A stretch of 64,000 nucleotides of DNA from Cyanobacteria bacterium P01_D01_bin.156 (GTDB lineage Bacteria > Cyanobacteriota > Cyanobacteriia > Phormidesmidales > Phormidesmidaceae). The notes beneath the pieces are model-generated. The model was not told the DNA's origin. It did not search any database and was given only the letters and a program-made list of their open reading frames with translations. Shown here in pieces: positions 10,804 to 22,649 of this stretch; the stretch's first letter is position 1; each line of letters starts with the position of its first letter. Position numbers and translations under genes: made by a program. The DNA lies in the NCBI GenBank assembly GCA_039024555.1, contig JBCCQQ010000002.1, positions 181,354-245,353 of the forward strand, written 5' to 3'.

Positions 10804-10860
10804 GCCACCGTTCTAGTATCTCCTATGAACTAACCCTTTTCGGTGTCGATAGAAACCAGC

Positions 10861-12699
10861 CTAGTCACGATCGTGGTCATGGGACTCCTCTTCATCGTAG
10901 GTTTCTTCTTCTTCGTAGTAGTCATCCTGTACCGCTGGAGCTCTGAGGGATTCAATATAGGCTCGCTCAGCATCCCAAATGGCAATGGAGTTACGCGCTT
11001 CACGATATAGAGCACGCCCTGGGGCAATTTGAGCAGCTACCACGATCGCATCCGATAGTCGCCCTTGGTAAGCTAGCTCCTCTGCCTCAATCAAAATAGG
11101 CCGATCCTGAGCAATCTGAATGCGCGTAATCCATTCTTGAATGGAGCTTTGGGCTTGACTGTATAGCGCCCGTCCCTCTTTAATTTTGCGCGCTTCTTTA
11201 ATGGCATCCTGCAGATTACCTTTGCTAGCTAGCTCCAGCGCCTTGCTATACAAGGGCTGGTCCTCTAGGACCTGAATCTGCTTAGTCCATTGAGCCACTT
11301 TTGTTTGGGCATCCACCCGTAGAGCCCGACCCAATTCCACCTTTTGCGCTTCTGCGATCGCAGCCTGCAGGCTAGCCTTATCTCCTTTATCAGCCAGCTG
11401 CTGCGCCCTGGCTAACAGGGGCCGATCTTCAATCCGCTGAATTTCCCTAGACCAGTGGGCGATCAGGGTTTGGGCCTGCTGCCGTTGCGGGCGCTCTGCA
11501 TCAATTTTCTGAGCTTCTCCAATAGCCACCTGCAACGATGCCTTCTGATTCAGCTTGGCCATCAATGCTGCACCATAGAGTGTTTGCAAATCCTCTAGTT
11601 GATCAGTCCATTGTTCTAGCTTGACCTCAGCCTCAAGATGAAAGGGACTGCTACTATCAATCCCTTGGACAGCCTGAATGGCATCCATCAGATTCACAAT
11701 ATCTCCGTAGGTGGGCACCCACTGTTGGTTAAATGAGGCCAATCGTTGCGCATGGGCCAGCTGCACCAAATCTTTTGCCTCGGGGGCAACCTCCATATCC
11801 ACCGGCACCTGCTGAATAATGGCTATGGCCCCAGCCAGATCTTCTTGCTCCCACTTCTGGAATCCATAGTTCAGCAACCTATTGGACCATTCTTCTATCA
11901 AGGGTTTAGCCTCTGGCCAGGCATGGCTTTGCACATCCATTTGCCTCACTAGACCCAACGCTTCCGCTAGCTCATCCATGTCACCACTGTCAGCTAACGC
12001 TTGGGCTCGCAGTAGATTGCGGCGGGCATCTTCTTCTGTTTGAATGTGCTGCCCTAAATACTGGTACTGGTCTTTAAGCCAATAGTCACTGGTCAGGCGT
12101 TTAATATCCCGCAGCTGTTTACGGGCACCGCTCCAGTTTTGGTTACTGACCGCTGTTTTAACAGCGGCTAAAATCTCTTCACCCGTGGTCCATTCTTGCT
12201 GCCACTGTCCTAGGGCTGTTTTTGCCTCTTGAGAAATCTCGGCGCGCTCAGGAATATACCCCAGTAACTCCACTGCCCGCTCTAAGCTACCAGCCTGCAT
12301 ACGCTGCTGGGCGAACTTAAACAATCCTTTGGACCAACGGTTGGTGACATCCTGCGAATCTTGATACAGGGGATGGCTTTCTTGCCAGTCAGCCACCAGA
12401 TTTACCCCAGCGACCAGATCTTCCTCAGCACCGGAAACCGCCGCCTGACGAGCACAGTAAAGCCGCTCGCTGTCAGCACTAAATCTAAAGATGCGATCGC
12501 AATTGGGCAAAGGGGGTAAACGCGTCATAAACGCCATCGCCCAGATTCCTAATGTGCTAGAAGCTGCCAGCAATAGCAACCATAGCAAAGGCCAAAACCA
12601 CATATGACGCCGCTTGGGCGCTGAGGCGGTAGCAAGCATTGCATCTCCCTGGGAAATAGGGGAAGCAAACTGTTGTGGGTCCGTAGGCGTAGCTGTCAT
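10861..12699 (-). CDS. Conserved cyanobacterial membrane-anchored helical-repeat protein
   Basis: Single TM helix then repeated 'IEDRPxL..A..LA...L..AI..A..I...R.L...AQ..I..W' units; no Walker A; likely start ATG 12699. Confidence 0.75.
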   Translation of the reverse strand: MTATPTDPQQFASPISQGDAMLATASAPKRRHMWFWPLLWLLLLAASSTLGIWAMAFMTRLPPLPNCDRIFRFSADSERLYCARQAAVSGAEEDLVAGVNLVADWQESHPLYQDSQDVTNRWSKGLFKFAQQRMQAGSLERAVELLGYIPERAEISQEAKTALGQWQQEWTTGEEILAAVKTAVSNQNWSGARKQLRDIKRLTSDYWLKDQYQYLGQHIQTEEDARRNLLRAQALADSGDMDELAEALGLVRQMDVQSHAWPEAKPLIEEWSNRLLNYGFQKWEQEDLAGAIAIIQQVPVDMEVAPEAKDLVQLAHAQRLASFNQQWVPTYGDIVNLMDAIQAVQGIDSSSPFHLEAEVKLEQWTDQLEDLQTLYGAALMAKLNQKASLQVAIGEAQKIDAERPQRQQAQTLIAHWSREIQRIEDRPLLARAQQLADKGDKASLQAAIAEAQKVELGRALRVDAQTKVAQWTKQIQVLEDQPLYSKALELASKGNLQDAIKEARKIKEGRALYSQAQSSIQEWITRIQIAQDRPILIEAEELAYQGRLSDAIVVAAQIAPGRALYREARNSIAIWDAERAYIESLRAPAVQDDYYEEEETYDEEESHDHDRD

Positions 12700-13036
12700 G
12701 AACGACGGTATCCCAGAAGATAAAGGGTCACACAAAATCTAGGACAATCAGGCTACGTGTGAATCCTGTAAAACACACCCTTAGCCTGATTGTTTTAACG
12801 CAGAGTATCAGGCCAATAAATAGCCCATTTAGCTAAACTCGCTAACACTTACCTCAAAAAAGCATGGGAAACATTTGTTACTAGAGCAAATTTCCCCACT
12901 ATTTTGACTGGGAAAGGTATGAATTTAGAGGGTTAAACCAAAAAATTTTGCTGTCATTGTAGTGGCAATTGACAGGAATACACAGGTTTCGACAAAAACC
13001 TTTGCTTAGAAAAATATTTAGTATCTCAAAAAGACT

Positions 13037-13663
13037 ATGTACGGTGCTAATCCGCTAAACAAACACCCCATGGAAGGATTTTCACAGATTTGTTTTATCA
13101 AAAACACTGTTTCAAATCCCAACATTGTCATCGGTGATTACACTTACTACGATGACCCCGAAGACTCAGAAAACTTTGAACGCAATGTGCTGTATCACTT
13201 TCCATTTGTGGGAGATCGATTAATCATTGGCAAGTTTTGCGCCATTGCTCGGGGTGTCAAATTCATTATGAACGGTGCAAACCATCGTCTAAATGGATTT
13301 TCTACCTATCCTTTTGAGATTTTTGGCAACGGTTGGGAACTGCCCAACGCACCTAAGTTTCCCTACAAAGGAGATACGGTGATTGGTAATGATGTTTGGA
13401 TTGGCTATGAAGCGGTGATTATGCCGGGTGTTCAGGTGGGCGACGGTGCAGTGATTGCAGCTAAGTCGGTAGTAGCTAGCAATGTTCCGCCGTACACCAT
13501 TGTTGGTGGCAATCCTGCTAAATGTATTCGCCAGCGATTTGAGTCCGATGTCATTGAAACACTACTCACAATCGCCTGGTGGAACTGGGATATTCAAAAA
13601 ATTACTCGCAGCTTAGACAAAATTATCTCGGCAGATATCGAGGCCCTGCTAGCTTGCGAATAG
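13037..13663 (+). CDS. Vat/CatB-family (xenobiotic) O-acetyltransferase, hexapeptide repeat
   Basis: IGDYTYYDD, IGKFCAIA, NGANH, STYPF, GDTVIGNDVWIG, IAWWNW. Confidence 0.92.
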   Translation: MYGANPLNKHPMEGFSQICFIKNTVSNPNIVIGDYTYYDDPEDSENFERNVLYHFPFVGDRLIIGKFCAIARGVKFIMNGANHRLNGFSTYPFEIFGNGWELPNAPKFPYKGDTVIGNDVWIGYEAVIMPGVQVGDGAVIAAKSVVASNVPPYTIVGGNPAKCIRQRFESDVIETLLTIAWWNWDIQKITRSLDKIISADIEALLACE

Positions 13664-13714
13664 AGTCAGCGAAGAATAGCTATGATTGATGCATTAGCTT
13701 AGGGAGCCTTTGGG

Positions 13715-14311
13715 ATGTCGTCAGCTACTCTAGATACTACTCAGGCCCTAGGGTTATCTCCTAAGCGTTGGACTTTGGATGAATATCATCAACTGATTGC
13801 CCAAGGATTTTTGACCTCTAAGTCTGCTGTGGAACTGATCAATGGACAAATTATTGAAATGGTTCCGCAACAGCCACCCCATGCCGCAACGACTGATGAA
13901 GGTGGCGACTATCTGAAAGCTTTGTTTGCGGGTAAAGCTAAGGTGCGGGTGCAGCTACCGGTAACGCTGCCGCCGGATTCGGAGCCGGAACCAGATTTTG
14001 CGATTGTTAGGATCGATGAGAATTTTTATCGAGATCGCCACCCCAACCCTGACGACATTTATCTAATTATCGAAGTTGCTGACTCTACGCTACGGAAAGA
14101 TCGGCAGTACAAGTCCCAGCTCTATGCCCAGGCGGGTATTCCAGAATATTGGATTATCAATCTGCAACAGCATCAGGTAATTGTTTATCGACAGGGGCAA
14201 GCTGATGGGTATCAGCTGGAGCAGACGTTTGAGGCCACTGATGGGGTTCAACCCCTGGCGTTTCCAGAGCTGACAGTTGACCTTAAACGGTTATTGATTC
14301 TGGCACAGTAA
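13715..14311 (+). CDS. Uma2 family endonuclease
   Basis: WTLDEYH, ELING, EPEPD, IEVADST, YAQAGIPEYWIINL. Confidence 0.92.
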   Translation: MSSATLDTTQALGLSPKRWTLDEYHQLIAQGFLTSKSAVELINGQIIEMVPQQPPHAATTDEGGDYLKALFAGKAKVRVQLPVTLPPDSEPEPDFAIVRIDENFYRDRHPNPDDIYLIIEVADSTLRKDRQYKSQLYAQAGIPEYWIINLQQHQVIVYRQGQADGYQLEQTFEATDGVQPLAFPELTVDLKRLLILAQ

Positions 14312-14365
14312 AGACGGTTAAAGCTCATCTTCAATAGTCACCCCAAAGCCAAAGCAGAACAACCT

Positions 14366-14395
14366 TTCCCCTCCTTGGAGGGGCCACGGGGTGGG
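14366..14395. repeat. Cyanobacterial REP-like palindromic element
   Basis: TTCCCCTCCTTGGAGGGGCCACGGGGTGGG, directly after the TPR gene stop. Confidence 0.6.
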
Positions 14396-15928
14396 TCAGC
14401 CCGTAGAGGCGTCTCCCGATTCTGCTTGCAGTTCTTTGAGCATTTTCTGGGTCAGCGGATGGTCCGATAGCTCGTCAGTTTTACCGGCTTCGATTACCTG
14501 CTTGAGCAAGCCGCGAAAGTTGTTTTTATCTTGTTCAATGTAAGGGTGTTCTCGCGGGAGCGCTTTCTCATCGATTTCGATAACTCGCACATACAGCGGT
14601 TCCGCTTCGCTGTAGCGCCCCATTGACTCGTACAGCCCTGCCAAATTATTCAGATCCGTTGCTGTACCAGGATGATCCTTACCTAACCGAGATTCATCAA
14701 TTTCAATAGCACGCACATACAGCGGTTCCGCTTCGCTGTAGCGACCCATTGACTCGTACAGCGATGCCAAATTATTTAGACTCATCGCCGTATCAGGATG
14801 CTCAGCTCCCTGTTGCGTTTCTCGGATTTCGAGCGATTTCACCAACAGCGGTTCCGCTTCACCGTAGCGCCCCATTGACTCGTACAGCAATGCCAAATTA
14901 TTCAGATCCGTTGCTGTACCAGGATGATCCCTACCTAACCGAGATTCATCAATTTCAATAGCACGCACATACAGCGGTTCCGCTTCGCCATAGCGCCCCA
15001 TTGAATCGTACAGCGCTGCCAAATTATTCAGACTCGTCGCCGTATCGGGATGCTCAGCTCCCTGTTGCGTTTCTCGAATTTCGAGTGATCGCACATACAG
15101 CGGTTCCGCCTCGCTGTAGCGGCCCATTGACTCGTACAGATTTGCCAATTCATTTAAGCTCGTTGCCGTATCAACGTGCTCAGGTCCCGACTGTGTTTCC
15201 CGTAGTTTCAAAGCTTTCTCATAGGCCGTTGCCGCCTCTGCGTAACGCACTGCTGTTTCATAAGCAGCTCCCAAATCCATATACAAGCTCGCCAATAAAG
15301 GCGACTCAGGATCTTGCGCTTCCAGCTCAGCGATTTGTTTTGAAATTGCCTCAGGGTCAACACGTGAGCTGTCCGGTGCCTCTTCTGGGGTCTCAATGCG
15401 CTTAGCAACAGACTTTTCCCCCAGCGTGACTGCAATCGGCTTAGAAAACTCAAACACCCCACCGCGCCAGCTCCAAAAATCCGGCGAGGCCTTAGCCAAC
15501 TGCCCGGCAACCTGTGGCGTTAGCCACAGCACCACCGGCACCTGAAACTGCCGCAGGGCTTCCCGAGTCCACTGCAGCGAAAAAAACAGCTTCTCCTGGG
15601 ATGATTTTTCATCCTGCCGTAGGCGAATCCCCAACAGCTCATCAGCCCCCAGCACCGTTACCACCGCATTCTGGTTAGCCAGGTCGGGCTCCTGCTGAGT
15701 CAAATTAAACAAACATTGCTTTAAGCTGTACTGCTGCTGATCAACCTTCACCCGATAGCAGCGGGTCCCCTTTTCCCCTAGCTCAGTCTCATACTGCTCA
15801 ATCAGCTGAGTCCGATGCTTCCAGTTATCAGAAATCGCCATCAGCAAACTCAACCTGCCGTAGCTGGCGTCTATCGCCAGCACCAGCTTACGAAAATTGC
15901 GTTTATTGTCTGTCGATTCTTCTGACAT
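14396..15928 (-). CDS. TPR-repeat protein (42-aa kinesin-light-chain-type repeats) with N-terminal PDFWSW-motif domain
   Basis: About six 42-aa units 'ATSLNNLAxLYESMGRYSEAEPLYVR'; likely start ATG 15928 (MSEESTD). Confidence 0.9.
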   Translation of the reverse strand: MSEESTDNKRNFRKLVLAIDASYGRLSLLMAISDNWKHRTQLIEQYETELGEKGTRCYRVKVDQQQYSLKQCLFNLTQQEPDLANQNAVVTVLGADELLGIRLRQDEKSSQEKLFFSLQWTREALRQFQVPVVLWLTPQVAGQLAKASPDFWSWRGGVFEFSKPIAVTLGEKSVAKRIETPEEAPDSSRVDPEAISKQIAELEAQDPESPLLASLYMDLGAAYETAVRYAEAATAYEKALKLRETQSGPEHVDTATSLNELANLYESMGRYSEAEPLYVRSLEIRETQQGAEHPDTATSLNNLAALYDSMGRYGEAEPLYVRAIEIDESRLGRDHPGTATDLNNLALLYESMGRYGEAEPLLVKSLEIRETQQGAEHPDTAMSLNNLASLYESMGRYSEAEPLYVRAIEIDESRLGKDHPGTATDLNNLAGLYESMGRYSEAEPLYVRVIEIDEKALPREHPYIEQDKNNFRGLLKQVIEAGKTDELSDHPLTQKMLKELQAESGDASTG

Positions 15929-15941
15929 GACACCTATATTT

Positions 15942-15963
15942 TGGTGGGCAGTGCCCACCCTAC
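15942..15963 (-). repeat. GTAG-type REP element
   Basis: Minus strand reads GTAGGGTGGGCACTGCCCACCA; overlaps the TAG stop of the upstream NTPase gene. Confidence 0.75.
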
Positions 15964-17270
15964 GATTCGATTAATTGTTTCTGTTTTAGCAGCTCTATCA
16001 CGATGGGGTGGATGTCGTACCAGATGGAATCGTTCTCGTACTCCAGCACCATCAGACCATGGAGCAACCGGGTAAATTCTTCACTCCGCGCATCGGGTGT
16101 TTCGGCAGTTTCGTAGACCGTTGCCATTAGCTTGTACAAATCACTGCCAATCTGCCGCGCAAAGTCATTACGCAGGTTACGCAGGGCAATCTTGAGCGTT
16201 TCTTGGTTAATGGTGACAACATCATCAGACTCAATGTCGATCTGCACCATACATTCCAAACAACACTCCCGAGCCAGCCGCACAATTTCGCGTACCACCC
16301 CACCGCTCATCAGCACAATCCGACGCGCAGTTTCGGGCTCTATCAACCCCTCAGGAATTCGCTTGTGGATCAGTTCTACAAACGTGTCCACATACTTTGC
16401 ATCGGGTTCAGCACCCTGCACATGGCGATTCTCCTTGCTAAAAAACTTGGCCACTGGAAACAGCCGGGGACGCACAATACCCTCTGAATGGAGAGCGCTG
16501 AGAACCTTGGTTTCTCGAATAGCCGCAATTGGCACCGTAAAAACAATGCGAAACCCAGGAGAAAATAGCGATTTGATGTTGTTGCGAAAGATGGCTTCGG
16601 CCAGGGGTAAGTCGAGCTTATCCAGGTCGTCAATGATGACGAGAACGGGCTGCTTTTTGACGGTTTGGATGGCGGCTGCCACTCGGTCACATTTCTGCAC
16701 TAAGTCCGAAATCTTTTTAGAAAAGGTCTTTTCTAAGTCGTCGCGAAAGCTCTTTTCTTGCTTCAGGCTCAGATCGATGATTTGTAAGGCTTTAGTGCCA
16801 AAGCCCATACTCCCTTTGGTACCCTCGCTAGATACCTGCTTGCGCACGGTAGAATTCCAACCCAGCAGCGTTTCACGCACATCCTCAGAGACGTTAATTT
16901 TTTGCTTGCTGGCATAGCTCAGCAGCTGAATGGCGATGGAGTAAAGAATATTGGTATGGGTCACCGCCGACATCTCGATCTGGTCGGCAATGGAAAAAAA
17001 GACCACCGCATGGCTAGACTGCATATCCACCGACACCTGCTTTAGCAGCGTGGATTTTCCACAGCCGCGATGTCCCGCAAATACGAACTTGCCGTTAAGC
17101 GCAGAAGCATTAATCTCTTGACGTAGTCGCACTTGGACGTCGCGACCATAGTCCACCCGAAATTTGTCAATATCCTTCGATTCGATCAGAGGAAACAGGT
17201 CCAGATTCTTATATGCCTGTTGAAATTTTTCCAGCCGCGTTTCGCTCATGGCATCAGCGCTAACGTCCAT
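15960..17270 (-). CDS. P-loop NTPase (KAP/STAND-like AAA)
   Basis: Walker A GHRGCGKS, Walker B VLVIIDDLDK, SGGVVR and C-terminal WYDIHP. Confidence 0.88.
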   Translation of the reverse strand: MDVSADAMSETRLEKFQQAYKNLDLFPLIESKDIDKFRVDYGRDVQVRLRQEINASALNGKFVFAGHRGCGKSTLLKQVSVDMQSSHAVVFFSIADQIEMSAVTHTNILYSIAIQLLSYASKQKINVSEDVRETLLGWNSTVRKQVSSEGTKGSMGFGTKALQIIDLSLKQEKSFRDDLEKTFSKKISDLVQKCDRVAAAIQTVKKQPVLVIIDDLDKLDLPLAEAIFRNNIKSLFSPGFRIVFTVPIAAIRETKVLSALHSEGIVRPRLFPVAKFFSKENRHVQGAEPDAKYVDTFVELIHKRIPEGLIEPETARRIVLMSGGVVREIVRLARECCLECMVQIDIESDDVVTINQETLKIALRNLRNDFARQIGSDLYKLMATVYETAETPDARSEEFTRLLHGLMVLEYENDSIWYDIHPIVIELLKQKQLIES

Positions 17271-17325
17271 AGAATTCTAATCGCACACCGTCCTTACCGC
17301 GACATCCGTTAGAGAAAGCCTAGAA

Positions 17326-17363
17326 CGAAAAAGCGGCAGGTGATTAACACCCACCGCTTTTCG
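17326..17363 (-). terminator. Intrinsic terminator after groEL
   Basis: CGAAAAAGCGG...CCGCTTTTCG hairpin with U-run on the minus strand. Confidence 0.7.
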
Positions 17364-17414
17364 CTAACAATTAATCAATGCTCAAATACACTAACTAATT
17401 GATTGCATGGTTGC

Positions 17415-19049
<1,635 letters not shown>

Positions 19050-19108
19050 TTAACCTATGTTTCAGAACGTTTTTAGAGGGGTCTGGGGTGGGAAGGAGCG
19101 AGAGGCAC

Positions 19109-19420
19109 TTAGCCAACAACCGCAAGAATGTCCTTCTCAGATAGCAGTACATAGTCATCACCACCAAGCTTGATGTCAGTACCGGCATACTTGGAATAAA
19201 GCACCTTATTGCCAACTTCCACATCAGGAGCCTGACGAGCACCGTCATCACCGCGCTTACCAGGGCCTACAGCAGTGACTTCGCCAACCTGAGGCTTTTC
19301 CTTAGCTGTATCAGGTAGCAAAATACCACCAGCGGTCTTTTCTTCAGACGCACTGACTTTAATAAGAACGCGATCACCTAGGGGAGTGACGCTCGAAACA
19401 CTCAAAGAAATGGCTGCCAT
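19109..19420 (-). CDS. groES: Co-chaperonin GroES
   Basis: [25 protein letters not shown]; likely start ATG 19420. Confidence 0.98.
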   Translation of the reverse strand: MAAISLSVSSVTPLGDRVLIKVSASEEKTAGGILLPDTAKEKPQVGEVTAVGPGKRGDDGARQAPDVEVGNKVLYSKYAGTDIKLGGDDYVLLSEKDILAVVG

Positions 19421-19549
19421 AGTTTTCTCCGAACTCTGATAGATCAATCATTCGGCAATTTGCATCGAGGCGGACTAAACCCACCTGAGCAGTCCCTTTT
19501 ACCCACTGAAGTAGCGTTACAGGGAAAGAAGCTGCGACCTAAACACGGT

Positions 19550-19576
19550 TTAGCACTCTCCATTGCCGACTGCTAA
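19550..19576. promoter_or_regulatory. CIRCE element (HrcA operator)
   Basis: TTAGCACTC-N9-GACTGCTAA, one mismatch to TTAGCACTC-N9-GAGTGCTAA, upstream of groES. Confidence 0.92.
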
Positions 19577-19615
19577 TTTATCGTTTACAGAAGAGTCATC
19601 GCAATACATCTATCG

Positions 19616-19631
19616 GTACGGGTTCCCGTAC
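19616..19631 (-). promoter_or_regulatory. K-box of cyanobacterial groESL promoter
   Basis: Minus strand GTACGGGAACCCGTAC versus consensus GTTCGGNNANCCNNAC (1 mismatch), upstream of CIRCE. Confidence 0.75.
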
Positions 19632-19665
19632 TCAAGCCAGACTCGTTAGACCAGAGAAGCTTCAG

Positions 19666-19711
19666 CGCAAAAGGGCCTGAGCTGCCGATCGGCAGCTCAG
19701 GCCCTTTTGCG
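19666..19711. repeat. Perfect 46-bp palindrome
   Basis: CGCAAAAGGGCCTGAGCTGCCGA|TCGGCAGCTCAGGCCCTTTTGCG. Confidence 0.95.
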
Positions 19712-19981
19712 TAATTTACGCATTCGTTAGATGCCACAAATTATTGAACCAGCAACTTGATACGTAATATCACGTATTTTCAATAAAAATTGATGTCTCT
19801 TTTTGATAAAGATTACGTGCTTATACATAAGTATTTTCTGAAAAAATGACATCCTTAAATGCAAGAAAACCTATTGAAATCAAGAAATTTAAAACCATTT
19901 CAACTCTTTTTTTCAGTGCGTGACCGAGAAAAAGACCAGTATTTTTTGATACATCCAATCAATTACATAGAGCTTTTGAAT

Positions 19982-20839
19982 ATGCTTGGACTCTCCCACC
20001 ATCACATTGGCATAGCTAATGTTTTGAGTATTGGCCTGCTAGGACTCTTACACAACCCATCACAAGCAGCCTGCTTACCTGGTGGCTGCCGTCAAAATGG
20101 TCTGGTATTTAGCGAAGCCTCCGATAATTTTGAAATCACGGATGTAATGGGTACAGGCACCTCAAACGATCCATTTGTGATTCACCAAGACGTTTGGGGA
20201 TTAGACATCTCATTAGCAATCGATGGACTACCGCAAGCTCGCCAACATTCTGTCTTTGATCGACCAGGGTTCGCCGTTAGCATTGTGGCTCGTAATCTAA
20301 CCGGAGCTTTTTGGCGGTTCTACGACCACGAGCTCCAAGAGATTCAGGGGCTTGCCAGCCATGAAAACGACGGCCTATCTTTCGCCCAAGCCATTGCACC
20401 GGCTCGTCCTTACACATCTACACATTATTCAAGAGCCGATGAAATCACAGATATACGAGATTTCATTAATTTCTATCGGGGTGCTGGTGTAAATCCAGGG
20501 GAAACGGTTCGCTTCAACTACTTCGTCACAGATACTATTCCCAACAGCAGGTTCTACATTCGCCAGCGTCCGGATTATCGCCCCAATGAGACACCGACAC
20601 CGCCTATTGCTCCTATTCTGGAGCCGCCTGTGTCACCGCCAGCCCAGCCTTCCAGCCCAGTTACTGCAATATCTACGCCTGCTGAAACATTACCTCCGGT
20701 TGCCTCAATACCAGCAACCCAGGTAACACCGTCTCCTTTGTCAACGCAGGCAGTTCCTGAACCCACAGGTCTCGCTGGAGGTGTGGCCCTTTTCCTATTG
20801 AGTACAGTCCAAAAGCGATCAAAAGCGATTAGGTCTTAA
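19982..20839 (+). CDS. PEP-CTERM sorting-domain surface protein
   Basis: Signal-like N-terminus, Pro/Ser/Thr-rich linker, VPEP + hydrophobic stretch + basic tail (KRSKAIRS); likely start 19982 (track 19859). Confidence 0.85.
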   Translation: MLGLSHHHIGIANVLSIGLLGLLHNPSQAACLPGGCRQNGLVFSEASDNFEITDVMGTGTSNDPFVIHQDVWGLDISLAIDGLPQARQHSVFDRPGFAVSIVARNLTGAFWRFYDHELQEIQGLASHENDGLSFAQAIAPARPYTSTHYSRADEITDIRDFINFYRGAGVNPGETVRFNYFVTDTIPNSRFYIRQRPDYRPNETPTPPIAPILEPPVSPPAQPSSPVTAISTPAETLPPVASIPATQVTPSPLSTQAVPEPTGLAGGVALFLLSTVQKRSKAIRS

Positions 20840-21025
20840 CCAATCTAATACTGGTGCAGAGAAACCCAGGAGAATTTTTAGCTTGAACTGACTAGACAAA
20901 AGTTCTCCGACTATAGCAAAGACCAGTGCCATGGATGATGCATCTAGTGATAATCTTTTACATGGCACTTTGAAAGAAAAAATTAAAATTAAAAGTCGCC
21001 GCAGTAGCTAAACACCTAGGATTAA

Positions 21026-22489
<1,464 letters not shown>

Positions 22490-22527
22490 GCGCTAGCTTC
22501 TTCTCGCATCGTCAAAGTTGCGACTTC

Positions 22528-22629
22528 GTGGGTAGTGAGTGGTGAGTCGAGAATGAACTTGTTTTCATTCGGCTTGGATTGATTCAAGGTAGGTCTTGTC
22601 ACTGCTCACTATTCTCTACTCACTATTCA
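22528..22629. repeat. Degenerate STRR-like heptamer repeats in the atpD-atpC spacer
   Basis: GTAGTGA/GTGGTGA copies on the left and inverted TCACTGC/TCACTAT copies on the right. Confidence 0.5.
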
Positions 22630-22649
22630 TCTTTAAGTTTTAGAGTTTT

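Noticed and set aside
10861..12735. Possible SMC or chromosome-segregation ATPase
   Set aside because: No Walker A/B; it is a membrane-anchored helical repeat protein
16132..16917. 261-aa plus-strand ORF
   Set aside because: Antisense shadow of the NTPase gene with no recognisable motifs; the same applies to most short overlapping ORFs in the track
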